This document shows, piece after piece, positions 1 through 13,425 of a stretch of 64,000 nt of DNA. The notes under the pieces were generated by a model. The model saw only the letters and a program-made list of their open reading frames with translations, ran no database searches and had not been told where the DNA came from. A program made the translations under genes and the position numbers. Source of the DNA: Eledone cirrhosa (taxonomy: Eukaryota); NCBI GenBank assembly GCA_964016885.1, contig OZ024740.1, forward strand, positions 222,642,001-222,706,000. The letters run 5' to 3'. The first letter of the stretch is position 1, and each line of letters opens with the position of its first letter.

Positions 1-220
1 CTTTAAAACTCTTGTTATAACCTTGCTTTGAACACATTAGTCTGGTATTTTGGTCCTAATGATTTTTACTTATATTCTGTCATCGAACTATATCATTCTA
101 CCTTACATTTCTGTATACCACAATTATTCACACAATTTCCTGCATAAATAAGTAATTGTTTTACATTGTTGCATTAGCCTGAGCTGCTTGGTAAGACATT
201 GCCATAATGTTTGTTATGTT

Positions 221-420
221 CATCATCATCGTCGTCGATTAACGGCTATCTTCCACGCTAGCATAGGTTAGACAGTTTTGTCCGATTTAGAGGCAAGTTG
301 TGTCAGGTGACAGTGTCTTGCTCATACAGGAGAGTTTCTGGCTGGTATTCTATGGCTGGATGCCCTTTCTAACGCCAACCACATTTACAGTGTGTGCTGG
401 TTGCTTTTTGTCGTGGCACC
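221..420 (-). mobile_element. RTE-tailed SINE (family B), 3' part
   Basis: Reverse complement ends in ...ctaacctatgctagcgtggaagatagccgttaa..(gat)n and contains aaaaagcaaccagcacacactgtaaatgtggttggcgttagaaagggcatccagc, as in the RTE 3' UTR at about 24990-25176. Confidence 0.8.
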
Positions 421-782
421 TACCTTTATTTTCATTTTATGGAATAATTGATGAATTACCTTTGTTAGTGACTATTTTATCTACAAGTAGGTTTAAGGAC
501 TGCATAGTTGGCAGAAGGCCAGAGTTTTAAGTATTACCATAAGGGTTGGCTGAAAGGTTCATAAGCTGACCAAGACACTCTCATCGAATGACAAAATGAG
601 ATTTATTTTTAACATAGACCTTGGAAAGCAACAATGCAGTTATTAATAAGAAGAGTTGAAATGAAATTAATGCATGCAAGATTTCACAACGCTAGCATCA
701 TTCCTTTGTAGTCAACCTATGAACTCTTCATCTAACACGTGTATATTAGAAACAATGCAGAAGAAAGCCATTATTAGTTTTA

Positions 783-1075
783 TCTATATTACTAAAACAA
801 AGAATGTCTATTTGTCTGTCTGTCCAATCACTAAAACTCGAGAACCACCCAACCGAGTTTTTTTCAAACTTTACACATGTAATACTTATGGTCCCATGAG
901 TGTTTTGAGCAAAAGAAATATCAAATTTTCAATGCCCAAGGGACCGTATTAGGCGATTTAGCGATCTCTCTCTATAATTCTTAGTCTTTCTCTTTTTAGA
1001 TAGATACATAGATATAACGTTGCGCCATTATAATATCTGTCTGTATGCCTGACTGTCTGCATTACGTCATTATGA
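783..1075 (+). mobile_element. Helitron-like non-autonomous element, 5' end
   Basis: A|TCTATATTACTAAAA start followed by (GTCT)n and aaccacccaaccgagttttttcaaactt, the usual layout of non-autonomous Helitron/DINE-1-like 5' ends; no 3' CTAG end located. Confidence 0.5.
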
Positions 1076-1150
1076 CGCGGTGTGTGTGTGTGTTTATATA
1101 TGTATATATATATAGTGTGTGTGTATATATATATATATATATAGTGTGTG

Positions 1151-1268
1151 TAACGTTTTTCGAAATATTTACTTATGCGTTCACAGATTTATTATTTTAG
1201 TTTCAGAAGATCCCGTTAAGGCTTAAAGCAGCGATTCTTTGCTTAAACTTTAATCTGTTATTTTAATA
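1151..1268 (+). mobile_element. Penelope-like terminal repeat fragment
   Basis: Matches the reverse complement of about 36280-36405 and part of 13750-13800; flanked by (TA)/(TG) repeats; family assignment rests on structure, no ORF. Confidence 0.45.
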
Positions 1269-1283
1269 TATATATATATATAA

Positions 1284-2160
1284 ATATTGCCAGAATTAAT
1301 AACAGAAACACTCACTGTTTGGTTGGTTTTCGCTTCTGTATCTTTTATATCAGTTAATTTAATTTATTCGGTCCTCAATGTTACCATTGACTGACCAATA
1401 GTCAAAACTACAGATATAATATAGACACAAACACATATATATAGTCTTACAAAGTTCTTTCGTGCACATCTGCAACATCGTCAGTGGTGCTATTGTTTCC
1501 TCCTGTTGTATTGTATGTCTACACCATCTTTATTTAATCCGTTTATTTATTTATTTTTGTCTTCTTCTCTGCGCGTGCGTTTGTAGGCAAATCAGAGAGG
1601 CCAGTGAAATAGAACTTAGAACGCCAAAGCTACACAGAAAAAATTAATGGAATAACAACAACACACAAACAAACAATACTGACCTAAGAGAAGTATAAAT
1701 AAATAAATAAATAAATACATACACAAGCACAATAACAACAAACATATATAAACACACACTAGTGAATTAAGATAGAATACAATAACCAAAACACAGTCAC
1801 CCAAACACGAACACACGTCAAACACTATACACACACGCAAACGCATGCGCAGAGAAGAAGACAAAAATATAAATAAATAAATAAATAAATAAACGGATTA
1901 AATAAAGATGGAGTAGACATACAATACAACAGGAGGAAACATATTAGCACCACAGACGATGTTGCAGATGTGCAACGAAAGAGCTTTGTTAGACTATATA
2001 TATGTGTTTGTGTCTATATTATATCTGTATTTTTGACCGTTGGTCAGTGAATGGTAACATTGAGTTGAGGACCGAATAAATTAAATTAACTGATATAAAA
2101 GATACAGAAGCGAAAACCAACCAAACAGTGAGTGTGTTCTGTTATTAATTCTGGCAATAT
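1284..2160. repeat. Long inverted repeat / foldback (arms 1284-1583 and 1838-2160, about 254 bp spacer)
   Basis: atattgccagaattaataacagaa... is the reverse complement of ...ttctgttattaattctggcaatat along about 300 bp with few mismatches. Confidence 0.95.
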
Positions 2161-2821
2161 CATTACACAAATATGACCCCCCCCCCCAAGACACACGATT
2201 TCATATCAAAGACTTTGCAAAACTATAAGTTTGATGGCCTTGTGCCAAAAGTGGAAACAATTATTATAAAACTACTATGTAATATATTGATACTAGCCTG
2301 GCAAAAACAGACACCTGTTCTATTAAGGAAAACTATCAATTTTAAAGAATTCTTATTTAGATTAAAATCTTCCGACATTATTTTACTATAGGTTAACTTA
2401 ATAATGAAATAATTAATAATTTTAATAAATTCCTCAAATTCCTTCATTAATTAGTTGAAATAGAATGTATTTCATTAGAAATTCAGTCATGAAAACGTTA
2501 AGCAATTTACATTTATAATTAATACATTAAATACAAAAAAACCTCTTGTGTAATTCTAAATCTGATGATATTGCACCATAGGGGTCTGGTCTGAACAAAC
2601 TACTCCCTAGGTTTTACGTCAATATTCATGTAGTACATTTTTAGTTCTTTTTCTAACAACTGACTCTTTTCTTCCCTATACAAAATTTACCATAGAAGCC
2701 TTAAATGGCTTCAGTAATTAAACTGCAGCCATACTGGTGTACCACCTAGATTTAGTACTTCTTTTTCAAGTTTGATGTTTATTGTATTGATTACAATTTT
2801 GTTAAATGACTAAATTAAAGG

Positions 2822-3025
2822 ACATCGCTCTTGCTTTGATGAGTGGACCTCATCAAATCGGACCAATGAAACAATGTTTCCATTGGTCTTTCCATTGCTG
2901 AAGGAACAACGTGAAATAAAGTGTCTTTCTCAAGGACACAATGCATCACCCTGTCCAAGAATTGAACTCGCAACCTCACAATTGTGAATCCAGCTCTCTA
3001 ACCACTAAGCCATGCACCTTCACCT
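2822..3025 (-). mobile_element. tRNA-headed SINE (family B-related), 5' part
   Basis: Minus strand has A box TGGCTTAGTGG and B box GAGTTCAATTC, then tgtgtccttgagaaagacactttatttcac. Confidence 0.75.
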
Positions 3026-3720
3026 TAAAGGACATAAACAAATAATAAATATAAATATGGGCAAACTCACACACATATATACATATAATCAATGGGCTTG
3101 CACACAGTTTCCAGGTCCCAAATTTCACTTAGAAGGGCTTCATCATCATCATCATTATTTTAATGTCCCCTTTCCCTGCTAGCAAGGGTTGGTCAGGTCT
3201 ACATAGACCAAGTTAGTACTGAAACACTAATTACTGATCTCCCAACAAGCTAGGGAACTGTTGTCTTGCTTGCACATATTGTTTATGTAGGTGATATGAT
3301 TAGAACAGCAAATCTGATTCTAATATGTTGTTGGGTAACTTTGGTCATCTCAACCTGAGTAGCATTATAGCTGATTGCAATTTTTAGTTTGGGTTGTATT
3401 ATATTTATTGTTAACAACTTACCCATTTTAATACCAATCTACATAAAAATACCCCTGTTTTGATGATACAAAACTGTTTGTTTTAAAGTGTTTACATTCA
3501 TCTAAAAACCTTTTATCATAATTTTATGAAAAAACCTTTGTTAAGTTTCAATAATGCAAAAAATTTATGTTACTAAATACTAAATCCAAATTTCTTATTA
3601 TTTTAAAGCTTATTTGAAAATCATGGGTAGTGTATTTCATTAAATGTATGTTAATGAAAGAATTAAAATTGTATGAACCTCATTTTTAGAAATATGTAAT
3701 GGATTTCTTACATATATATA

Positions 3721-4046
3721 TGGAGGCACATGGCTTAGTGGTTAGAGCAAGACACTTTATTTGACATCGCTCCAGTTTACTCAGCTGTAGAAATGAGATG
3801 ATAGGGGTCCATATCATTCCACTGCAAAGTGGTCGTGCAGGTGCCACGGCAAAAAAGCACCCAGCCCACACTGTAAAGTGGTCGTGGAGGTGCCATGGCA
3901 AAAAAGCACCCAGCACTCACTGTAAATGAGGTTGGTGTTAGGAAGGGCATCCAGCTGTAGAAATCAAGCCAGAATCAGTTCCCGTCCCACCCTTGCAAGC
4001 AGGCAGGGAAAAAGCGGACGTAAAATGAAATGATGATGATGATGAT
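3721..4046 (+). mobile_element. RTE-tailed SINE (family B) with B box deleted
   Basis: ggaggcacatggcttagtggttagagca joins directly to agacactttat (GAGCA microhomology relative to the copy at 48403-48838); two 49-bp units; (gat)n tail. Confidence 0.85.
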
Positions 4047-4414
4047 ATAGCTGCTATATTGAGCAAATCAATCGACTACAGTGCTGTATAACTACTGCAG
4101 CCCTATGCCAATCAGAAAGCTAGCTCCAAAGAATATATTTAAAATTAGTGCCCACTACTTTCACCATCAGCCCATGAAGGAACATTTATGTTATCATTTG
4201 GCTTGTTAACTATTTCCACTCAAATCCTAACCAACTGTTTTAGAAATGGAAGGACATATTAGATAACAGGGTTCTAGGTGTACTATGTCTGTAGAAAAGA
4301 TGGGTACTCACAACTGGAATGTCTTTAACTATAGGTCAACAGTATCAAAGCTGACATTGTGCTAAGCAACAACAATACAAGCAACCTGACTTGCTACTTA
4401 TGGTTAGAATCCTT

Positions 4415-4675
4415 TTAACCCTTTTGGTACCAAACTGCTTGAAACTGGCCATAGCTCTATGACATTAAACTGTTTATTTTAATGTGTTTATATATATCTA
4501 AAGATCTTCCAATATATTTCTCTGTAAGAACGTTTGTTAAGTTATATACCAAAAATCAGCTTAATAATGAGAAAGTTAATTACATTACTAAATCTCTTAA
4601 AATTTTTCATTATTTTCAAAATTATTTGAAAATAAGCAGTGTTTTTCATTAAAAATATGGTAGTGGAAGTGTTAA
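4415..4675 (+). mobile_element. piggyBac-like MITE (TTAA|CCC termini); related copies near 3420-3670, 11130-11360, 19290-19531, 43850-43903, 44330-44500, 50560-50790
   Basis: TTAA-CCCTTTTGGTACC at the left end, aagtg-TTAA at the right end (aaaggg-TTAA in the copy ending at 43903); shared ttttcaaaattatttgaaaa body. Confidence 0.5.
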
Positions 4676-5871
4676 ACACAGCTCTACCATGGCTAACCAT
4701 GGACTACACAATGATAATAACTCATAAAAACCAATCACAAAAGACAATTATTAAGCAGGCATACACATAAAAATATGTAAAATACACAAAAGTAGCAACA
4801 GCAACATTAAAAACCACATTAGCTTCATTAAGTGATAGTTGTGAAATAGACAATGGTTGTGGTGGTGGAGATGGAAATGGCAGTGATATTAGTGCAACTG
4901 GAGGTTGTGGTGGCTTATATGGTGATGGCTGTAGTGTTGATGGTAGTAATGGTAGCATTGGTATTTGTGGATGTGGTAGTGGTAGTTTTCTTAATGTGTA
5001 AGAGATTTATGATGACAATTTTTCTGTTAATCAATCAAATGAATTAAGTTAAGGGGAGAAATTTATAATTTATTCAAAACAACTAATATAATTGAAACAA
5101 TAAAAAAAGATGGGAAGGGGGATTATTATATGCGGCTGCACCAAACAGTGATGAATTATGTTTAAAAAGTCATTAAATGGCTTAAAACACAATAGGTCAT
5201 AACTGCTAATGATTATTATTGTTATTGTTTATGTTGTTGTTTTAAGCAGTTTAGAAAATCTTATACAACTAAGAGTTATTTCAGTTCTCTTGTGAATAAG
5301 GTGTGAATTTTCCTATTCACCTCTAGACTTAACAAAATGTTAACATCATAAATCAACAACAAAAAATATGACAGACATTTTGTTCGCAATTTATATCAAT
5401 TTATCATTATCCTCATCATCATCATTTAACATCTGTTTTTCTATGCTGGTATTGGTTAGTCAGGTAGTCAGAAATCAAGTCAAAACTTAATCAAAACTAC
5501 TAACCTTTCAGATGGGCCACAGCCCCACATCTCACAAACACTCCAGCACTTTACAGAATGTACTGACTGCATTATATCATGGCCCCCCAGCAATAGGGAA
5601 GTTTCCATACCTTTGATACAATTGGAAGGTCCTTTCAACCCTTTTCTATTAAGTTTTTAATTGCTAGAGATCTGAAACAAACCATTTCAATTTATTTTAT
5701 CTCTTCTTTTACCCAGTCCACTCTGCTTGTGCATGATAAAATACACTCAGTACAGTCAGGAAAGTGGTAGTCATGGTACCACAATAACATGAACCCAACA
5801 TTTCAAAATAGAATAAAACATATGAACTGGACATAATCAACTGAATTGTCTAGTCTCAATATGATAGTAGT

Positions 5872-6225
5872 GGATGAACATGGCCTAGTGTTAAAGGTGA
5901 TCATAATTTCATGGGTTCAATTCCTGAACTGTGTTGTGAGTTGTGTTCTTGAGCAAAACACTCCATTTCATGTTGTTCCAGTATACACAGCTGAAAATGA
6001 GTACCAGCAATACCTGGGGATTTTGCCATGTGATGGACTGATATCCTGTCCAAGGGGGAGTCTTGTACTCTCAGTTGCTTCATGCCATGGAATCTTGGGA
6101 AGCACCGTTCTGATGAGCCTCCAGGTTCGTGATAAACTTAGAATATGACAGGCCATCCAACCCACACCATCATGAATAATGGATGTAAAACAGTGATACT
6201 GGTGGTGGTGCTGGTGATGGTGATG
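5872..6225 (+). mobile_element. tRNA-headed SINE with RTE-type tail, diverged
   Basis: tggcctagtgtt A box, ggttcaattcct B box, cttgagcaaaacactcc body, ggatgtaaaa tail. Confidence 0.65.
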
Positions 6226-6784
6226 CCAAATCAATTTAATCATATCTAAAACATCTGGCTAAATTATAAGCCATGAATATTGAAAGATTGCTGGCAACAG
6301 TTTCCTCAGACCAGGCTATATGGTCCAGCCCTATCAACATATAAGGTCAGTTATATCTTATAGACGATAATTATTTTAATTATTGTAATTTAATTATTAT
6401 AAAAAAGGAGAATGGATACATTGTAATTCTTATTCCCTTCATATAAACTGATTAATATATAGATTTTTGGGTGTGTGTGTGTGTTAAACTTCCATTGTTG
6501 CAGCTGGGTTTATCAACAGAAAAGACTGTTCATGAAATTAACATGCATGTGGCTGTGTATTCCACAGATACATACACATTCAATGTAGTTATCAGCATGA
6601 TCTAGGGAGTCACATATTGCAGGTTCAACTCATGTTTTACTGCTGAGTGGACTGGGCAACATCAAATAAAGTGTTTTTACTCCAAGGAATGCAATGCAGG
6701 GAATCGAACTGAAAATCTCACAATTGGGAGTTGAACAACTTAACTACCAAGCAATGACCATTCTCTAGTATAGTTTTATATCTA

Positions 6785-7260
6785 TGATTTCGGATTTAGG
6801 CGCAATGCCAATAATTTTGGGGGAGTGGAAAGTTTATTAAATTGAACTCAGTGAGTTACTGGTACTTTATTTTGTCAACCCCATAAGGTTGAAATGCAAA
6901 GCTGACTGTGGAAGGATTTGAACTCAGAACATAAAGGGACGTAACTATATGCTGTAAAGCATATTGACCAATACTGTACCAATACAGCCAATCCATCAAC
7001 TTCCTAGTTTTATATTAATGATTTTTTTTTCATCAATTTGCAAATATATGAATGCTTTGAACTTTCCTTTCTTAATCACCTCTAGATTTAATATGTTAAC
7101 ATTATAAATCAACAACAAAAAATATGACTGACTTTTGTTTTTGATTAATATTTATGAATTTAATTTATTTTTACTGATAATTTTTTATGTTTTTGTTTTG
7201 TTTTATTCAAAAATTGTATTTCATTACCAGCATAAGATGATATGATTGCTTACTTGGCAT
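6785..7260 (-). repeat. Paralogous segment, inverted copy of about 42920-43400, including a shared old SINE
   Basis: Reverse complement aligns with 42920-43400 through unique sequence (taaattaaattcataaat.ttaatcaaaaa...ctagaggtgatta.g.aaggaaagttcaaagcatt) and across the SINE junction. Confidence 0.85.
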
Positions 7261-7307
7261 ATGTATGTATGTATGCATGTATGTATTATGTATTATTTAT
7301 TATTAAG

Positions 7308-7820
7308 GGCGGTGGATTGGCAGTATCGGTAGAGGGTGCGGCGCCATGGTTTGACGCATAGAGTTACGGCCCTTGCCATTCTGAGTTCAAATTCCGCCGA
7401 GGTTAACTTTGCCTTTCATCCTTATGGGGTCGATAAAATAAAGTACCAGTAATACACTTGGTAATTGCTGGCCTTGTGCCAAAAGTAGAAACAATTATTA
7501 TTAGTAGCGGGGGATTGGCAGTATCGGTAGAGGGTCGGACGTCATGCTTTGCAGCAAAGAGTTACGGCCCTTTATGGTCTGAGTTCAAATCCCGCCGAGG
7601 TTAACTTTGCCTTTCATCATTACGGGGTCGATAAAATAAAGTACCAGTAATGTACTGGGTAATTGATGGCTTTGTGCCAAAAGTAGAAATAATAATTATT
7701 ATTAATAGTATCCCGCCGAGGTTGACTTTGCCTTTCATCCTTACGGGGTCGATAAAATAAAGTACCAGTAATGCACTAGGTAATTGCTGGCCTTGTGCCT
7801 AAAGTAGAAACAATTATTAA
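7308..7820 (+). mobile_element. Cluster of three head-to-tail tRNA-headed SINEs (family A, ATT tail)
   Basis: ggattggcagtatcggtagag (A box), gagttcaaatcc (B box), gttaactttgcctttcatccttacggggtcgataaaataaagtacc, gaaacaattatt; third copy is 5'-truncated. Confidence 0.9.
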
Positions 7821-7848
7821 TAGTAGCAGCAGCAGCAGTAGTAGTAGT

Positions 7849-8100
7849 CATCATCATCATTCGTCGACTACTGTCGAGATGACGGATCTCACTCTCATGC
7901 CCCAGAATTCCCTGTCCCCCATCGCTGCCCCCAGGTCCTGTCTACTGATTCCCGTATCCCTAGAGATAACGTCAGGGAATGACAGCTTCCTACTCCTAGT
8001 CAGGCTGGAGTCAGGGTTCCAGAGCAAGAGAGCGGATATGATTTCATTGCTGGCACGGTGACACTGGCCAGCAAATTGAGCTCTCCGGGATTTTAGAAGG
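7849..8100 (-). mobile_element. RTEX/RTE-like LINE 3' fragment
   Basis: Translates as LLKSRRAQFAGQCHR..EIISALLLWNP..RDTG..AMGDREFW followed by a (tga)n tail; 14-bp TSD gcagtagtagtagt at 7835-7848 and 8101-8114. Confidence 0.8.
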
Positions 8101-8664
8101 GCAGTAGTAGTAGTAGTAGATTTAAGTGAGGCTGTGAGAAATATGCCTGAAAACACACATTTATACATGTATATATACCATATGCTTGCATTTATTATGA
8201 ACCGAAAAAGATGAACAGTTTCCCTCAAGTTTTAAACCTTGTTGGGGCCATCATCAGAGGCTGTGTACATCTCTCACAACCCAAAGAGAAATAGATGACT
8301 AAATGCTTTATGTTCCCTTTCAAATGTGTCAGTAAGAGTGGAAGGAATCTGCTAATTTGCATAATTGTAGTGGTAGCTAATTTAATCGTTTTCCTGTTTT
8401 ACTAGAACCACTTATTACATTGCAGCCAAGCTGGAGCCAAACCTAGATCAATCATATCAACCCCAGTATATATTTCCTAAATCCAGTACTTATTTGAATG
8501 ATCACTTTTTTTGTCAAAGCATTAAGTTACGGGACATAAACTTTGACACAAACTTAAACATAGACATATACACACACATATATATATATATCATCCTCAT
8601 TGTTGTATATATATATTTTATATGGTAGGATTCTGCAGTTTCTGTCTACCAAATTTCATTAACA

Positions 8665-8940
8665 AGGTATTGTGTTGTTTCCTTGAGCAAGACACTTTAT
8701 TTCACATTGCTCCAGTTTACTCAGCTGTAGAAATGCGATGATAGGGACTGGGGTCCATATCATTCCACTGCAAAGTGGTCGTGTAGGTGCCATGGCAAAA
8801 AAGCACCCAGCACTCACTGTAAATGAGGTTGGTGTTAGGAAGGGCATCCAGCTGTAGAAATCAAGCCAGTATCAATTCCCGTCCCACCCTTGCAAGCAGG
8901 GAAATGCGGAGGTAAAATGAAATGATGACGATGATGATGA
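8665..8940 (+). mobile_element. RTE-tailed SINE (family B), 5'-truncated
   Basis: Closely matches 3745-4046 but with a single repeat unit. Confidence 0.85.
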
Positions 8941-9684
8941 AGGTACTGGTCAACCCAAGGTTATAGTAGATATATTAAATTATTCACTTTAGCCTGTGAA
9001 GCCTGTGCCCCAACTTGTCAGCAGACAAAAGATTGATTTGAATAAAAGAGTAAAAGTAATTAATAAAATTCAAAAATACAAAATAAAATGCGATAAAATT
9101 TTACTAGCAGAAGAAAGCAATCCACAAGATCCCAGACCTGCCTTACTTACTGAGTGGGGTGGAGCTTGTCAAATCTGACCAAGGAAAGAATTTTTCCATT
9201 GGTCTTTCCATTGCTGATACTATCTACCAGTCACAACTCCTGTCAGATGGAGCAATGTGAAATAAATTGTCTTGCTCAAGGAATAACCCATCACACGGCC
9301 AGTGAATTGAACTCGGGACCTCATGATTGTGAATCTAATTCTCTGACCACTAAGCCCCCCCCCCCTCACATACTTTTGCTAAAGCAAATAAAACCTTACA
9401 AAAATAGCATGAATTCAACTATATTTATTAAGTTAGAAATAATTATTTTCTAAATTTTAAAATCATAGAAAAATGATAAATATATAATCATCTTTGTGAG
9501 ATTGTAATATTTTATAACATTAAACGTGTCAATACAGATATCAAACAATACCACATTTTCTTAATAATACAGTGTACCGATCGAAATACACAAACACGTC
9601 TATGAAATATTTTGCTTGATTTATATACAAATATAAAAAAATATCAGTATCAATTTTTAATTTTCTGAAATAAAATAAATAGAT

Positions 9685-9722
<38 letters not shown>

Positions 9723-9971
9723 CATACACATACACATATATATATATATACATACACATACACATATATATATATATATATACACATATACATATATATA
9801 TATACAAATACATATAAATATACACATATACATATACATATATATACACATACACATATACATATATATACACATACACATATACATATATATATATATA
9901 CACATACACATATACATATATATACACATATACATATATATATATGTACACATACACATATACATATATAT
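9685..9971. repeat. Compound (TA)/(TACA)/(TACACA) microsatellite
   Basis: Directly visible; explains the YI/VY-rich ORFs. Confidence 0.95.
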
Positions 9972-10751
9972 TTTAATCGATGATGGGTGTTTAGAATTAT
10001 CAATTTTGTTTTGTATAATCTTATAAGTAAAACTAAAATGATACATTTTTTTGTATGCTATTAATAATGGAAGGGCGGGGAACAATTGTATACTATTCAT
10101 GACAATGGGGTTGGATGGTTTTGGAGGAGAAGCTGTATTTCAAAGATAGATTTCATATAGGTTAAGAGCTAGTCATTTATTGTAAGGAAATTATCTATAT
10201 CCTATCATTTCTCTTTATCTTTAAATTATTTGATTCTGTTTTCAAATGTATCTGTTTAGTTATTCATTGAACTTTAAAAGCTGACCATTAATACAATGAA
10301 TAGACAAGGTTGGCCATCAGTGTTACATTTAAAATTCTATGGTAAATACTTCAAGAAATGTATTTGCTACATGGTTTCATTTCCTCATTGAAAGCGCCAT
10401 TCAGGTCATTATGGACATCACATGTTCCTCCTAATTGAGTTTTAATGGCGCTGTAGTGATATACTTAGGCATTTAAACATGATGGAACCCACCTCTTGCT
10501 AGGAATTAAAACAATTGATTTCATCAAGGGAGAGATAGAGGGGGGAAAGTGTACGTAAAAGTGATATAAAAGCAGAATCATCCCTTATACTGGAATGGGA
10601 CCTTATAAACCTTGAATGATAAAAGGCAAAGTAGACCTCAGTGGGAATTTAACTCAGAACACAGAGAACCAGAACAAATACAGCAAAATATTCTGAAATG
10701 CTAATGACTCTGCCACTTCACTGTCTTAAAAGGCATATACAATGCTGAAAA

Positions 10752-10945
10752 TAATTGTTTCTACGTTTGGCACAAGGCCAGCAATTACCCAGTACATTAC
10801 TGGTACTTTATTTTATCGACCCTGTAAGGATGAAGGGAAACGTTAACCTCAATGGGATTTGAACTCAGATCATAAAGGGACGTAACTATGCTAGAACTAG
10901 AAAGCATGGCGTCCAACCCTCTACCCATACTGCCAATTCACCACT
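10752..10945 (-). mobile_element. SINE family A
   Basis: Reverse complement of the family A consensus, from aattgtttctac to tgccaattcacc. Confidence 0.85.
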
Positions 10946-12589
10946 GAAAATAATGAGATACATTAAAAGTTATTAAAAGAAAGAAAAAACACCTTAAATA
11001 AACAAAGGAAATTATCATGTTTTATGGTCCTGGCAGACCAAATGGTGAATGTGTTTCCTTAGAGGGAAGCCCTACTGAAAGGATTAGTCCATATCACAGG
11101 GTTCATTCTTGTGGATAACCATATCTATGTTAAAAGGTATAATGAAATACACTACCCATCAGTTTCAATTGACTTTGAAAATAACCAATTATTTTGAAGA
11201 ATTTACTAAAATAATTAAGCTCTTCATTAGAACATTACTTACCAAAAATGTGTAAAATCAAATTATGATGGAATGTTTTAATATAAATATATTTTAAAAT
11301 GACGAGTTTTATATAATAAATCTAGGGAAGTTTTGAATGGTTTGGTATCTAAGTGTTAGGACATTAGGATGCCAGACATTTCTACTGCTATAGTTTCAAC
11401 TAGAAACCTATCAAAGAGCAAGGGACACTTTGTTAGTTCATGATCTTCAGCCTGCTGGGTGATGAAGGCTGAAATGAAAATAACTAGGACTGAAATGTTG
11501 AGGTTGATGGAAGTTTAGCAGATTCAAACCTGAATAACACAACAAATATCAGTGAATATTAAGGAAACAGATTTACCATTTTCAAACCTGAAGAGGTGTG
11601 TACAAGAATTAACTTTCATTCTTTTTAAGCATTGGCAAGTTAATTATTGCTCAGAATAGACAGTCATTTATTTATTCAATATACCCAAATCTGACAATGT
11701 CATGAAAAGCTATAGATGTTATATACAGATAATTAAGCGGAGACCAATGGACCTAGAGCTATCATTGGAGAATGGTCAATTTCTACAAACAAACGCATGC
11801 ACTTACATATACATCCAATAACACACACAGTCATACACAGATATTTCTACATATATGTATATGCTGTTGTAGAGCAAACATCATTCACATATGTATATTA
11901 AACAAAAATAAATGAAGGAAGAGACTTTCCTATACATACATTCTTTCAACGCACATGTATGATGAAACATAACCCCATGGAAAGGGGTTGGTGATAGGAA
12001 GGGCATCCAGCCATAGAAAGCTTGCCATACAAAAAGCTGGGAGGATCCCTCAGTCATATCAAGGACATGACAGCCTCCCCAGTGCTAGTGGTCTACATGA
12101 TAAATGCACCTCGTACATGCTGTAAAGTGGTTGGAGAGAGGAAGAGCATCCAGCCATAGAATGCTTGCCAAACGAAGGGTTGGGAAAACACTAAATTGTA
12201 TAAAAGAGAGGACAAACACTCTTGTGCACTTGGCAGAGTCTGAAGCCGTACATAAGTGACAGATCCAAGGCCTTTCTGTGAGATCACTAGCCCTGCTTCA
12301 GTACTAATTTTGTAAAACTGCCCAACCCTTACTAGCAGATGATGACAATGATACATGTATATAAATATATATTTTTTTGTCAGTGTACTGTATTGTTTGC
12401 TTTGTTGTTTCCATTTACATTTTTCATATATATATATGTATGTATATATATATGTATGTAAGTATATGCATACATGTTTGTGTATGTGTGCATGTGTATG
12501 TAGATCGATGTATAGATCAATGCACATGAATAACCATGTATAGATGCTAATATGCTTCTTTTTGTGTGTGTGAATATTTGTATATGTGC

Positions 12590-12822
12590 AAGATTTTGCT
12601 TCCTGTGGAGAATGTGTTGTATTTATCCTTATGTTGTAAATAGATGCTTTGAAGCAAAGGTTGTATCTATATAAATGGGTGGAGAAATTGAATGAAGTAT
12701 GCATAATTGTGAATTGTTCTTCAGATTGATGGAACCATTTTTCTTGTTAGAATAATTTACTTGGTATTGCAGCTGCATTGATATGTTGTTCTCTTTCATC
12801 ACTATTGTTTTCCTCCAACATT
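12590..12822 (-). pseudogene. Possible degenerate Ty3/gypsy gag N-terminal remnant
   Basis: Minus frame MLEENNSDEREQHINAAAIPSKLF*QEKWFHQSEEQFTIMH resembles the gag P..WF.Q.E.QF motif; one short motif only. Confidence 0.25.
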
Positions 12823-12832
12823 ATATTTTTAC

Positions 12833-12868
<36 letters not shown>

Positions 12869-13044
12869 TATTATTATGTATTTATTTATATATTTAGAGC
12901 CTTCAAGCAGCAGGCTGTGTTTAAGAGTATTATGACAAGAGATAAAATGGAATCCAATTTTTACAAAATGGATAAATAAACACACCTTTGAGCAAATGTC
13001 ATTTTTGTAAAGAATCATTTTATAGGAAAGAAAAATCATACAAA

Positions 13045-13046
13045 GA

Positions 13047-13091
<45 letters not shown>

Positions 13092-13215
13092 TTGATACTA
13101 AAGGGAAACAAAATAAGAAAATATTACAAAAGAATTAATTGAAGCAAATTACATGGGCATGCTTGTTCTCACACACAAACACACACTCAAACCCCATATA
13201 TATATGTGTATATAC

Positions 13216-13255
<40 letters not shown>

Positions 13256-13425
13256 GTATATATATATGCATGTGTATATACATGTATACATATATACATG
13301 TGTATATATATGCGTGTATGTGTGTGTGTATGTATATGCATATACATACACACACACACACATATATATATATATGTAAATATATATATATATGCACATA
13401 TATGTATGTATTCATACATATATGT
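13045..13425. repeat. (TA)n and compound TA/TG/CA microsatellites
   Basis: Directly visible. Confidence 0.9.

Noticed and set aside
4722-5047. Pro-rich (minus) and Val/Gly-rich (plus) ORFs
   Set aside because: Degenerate (GGT/GAT)n low-complexity tract; no splice or homology support
9541-10100. YI/VY/CV-rich ORFs (also near 13135-13527, 29656-29968, 48745-49087)
   Set aside because: Translations of TA/CA microsatellites
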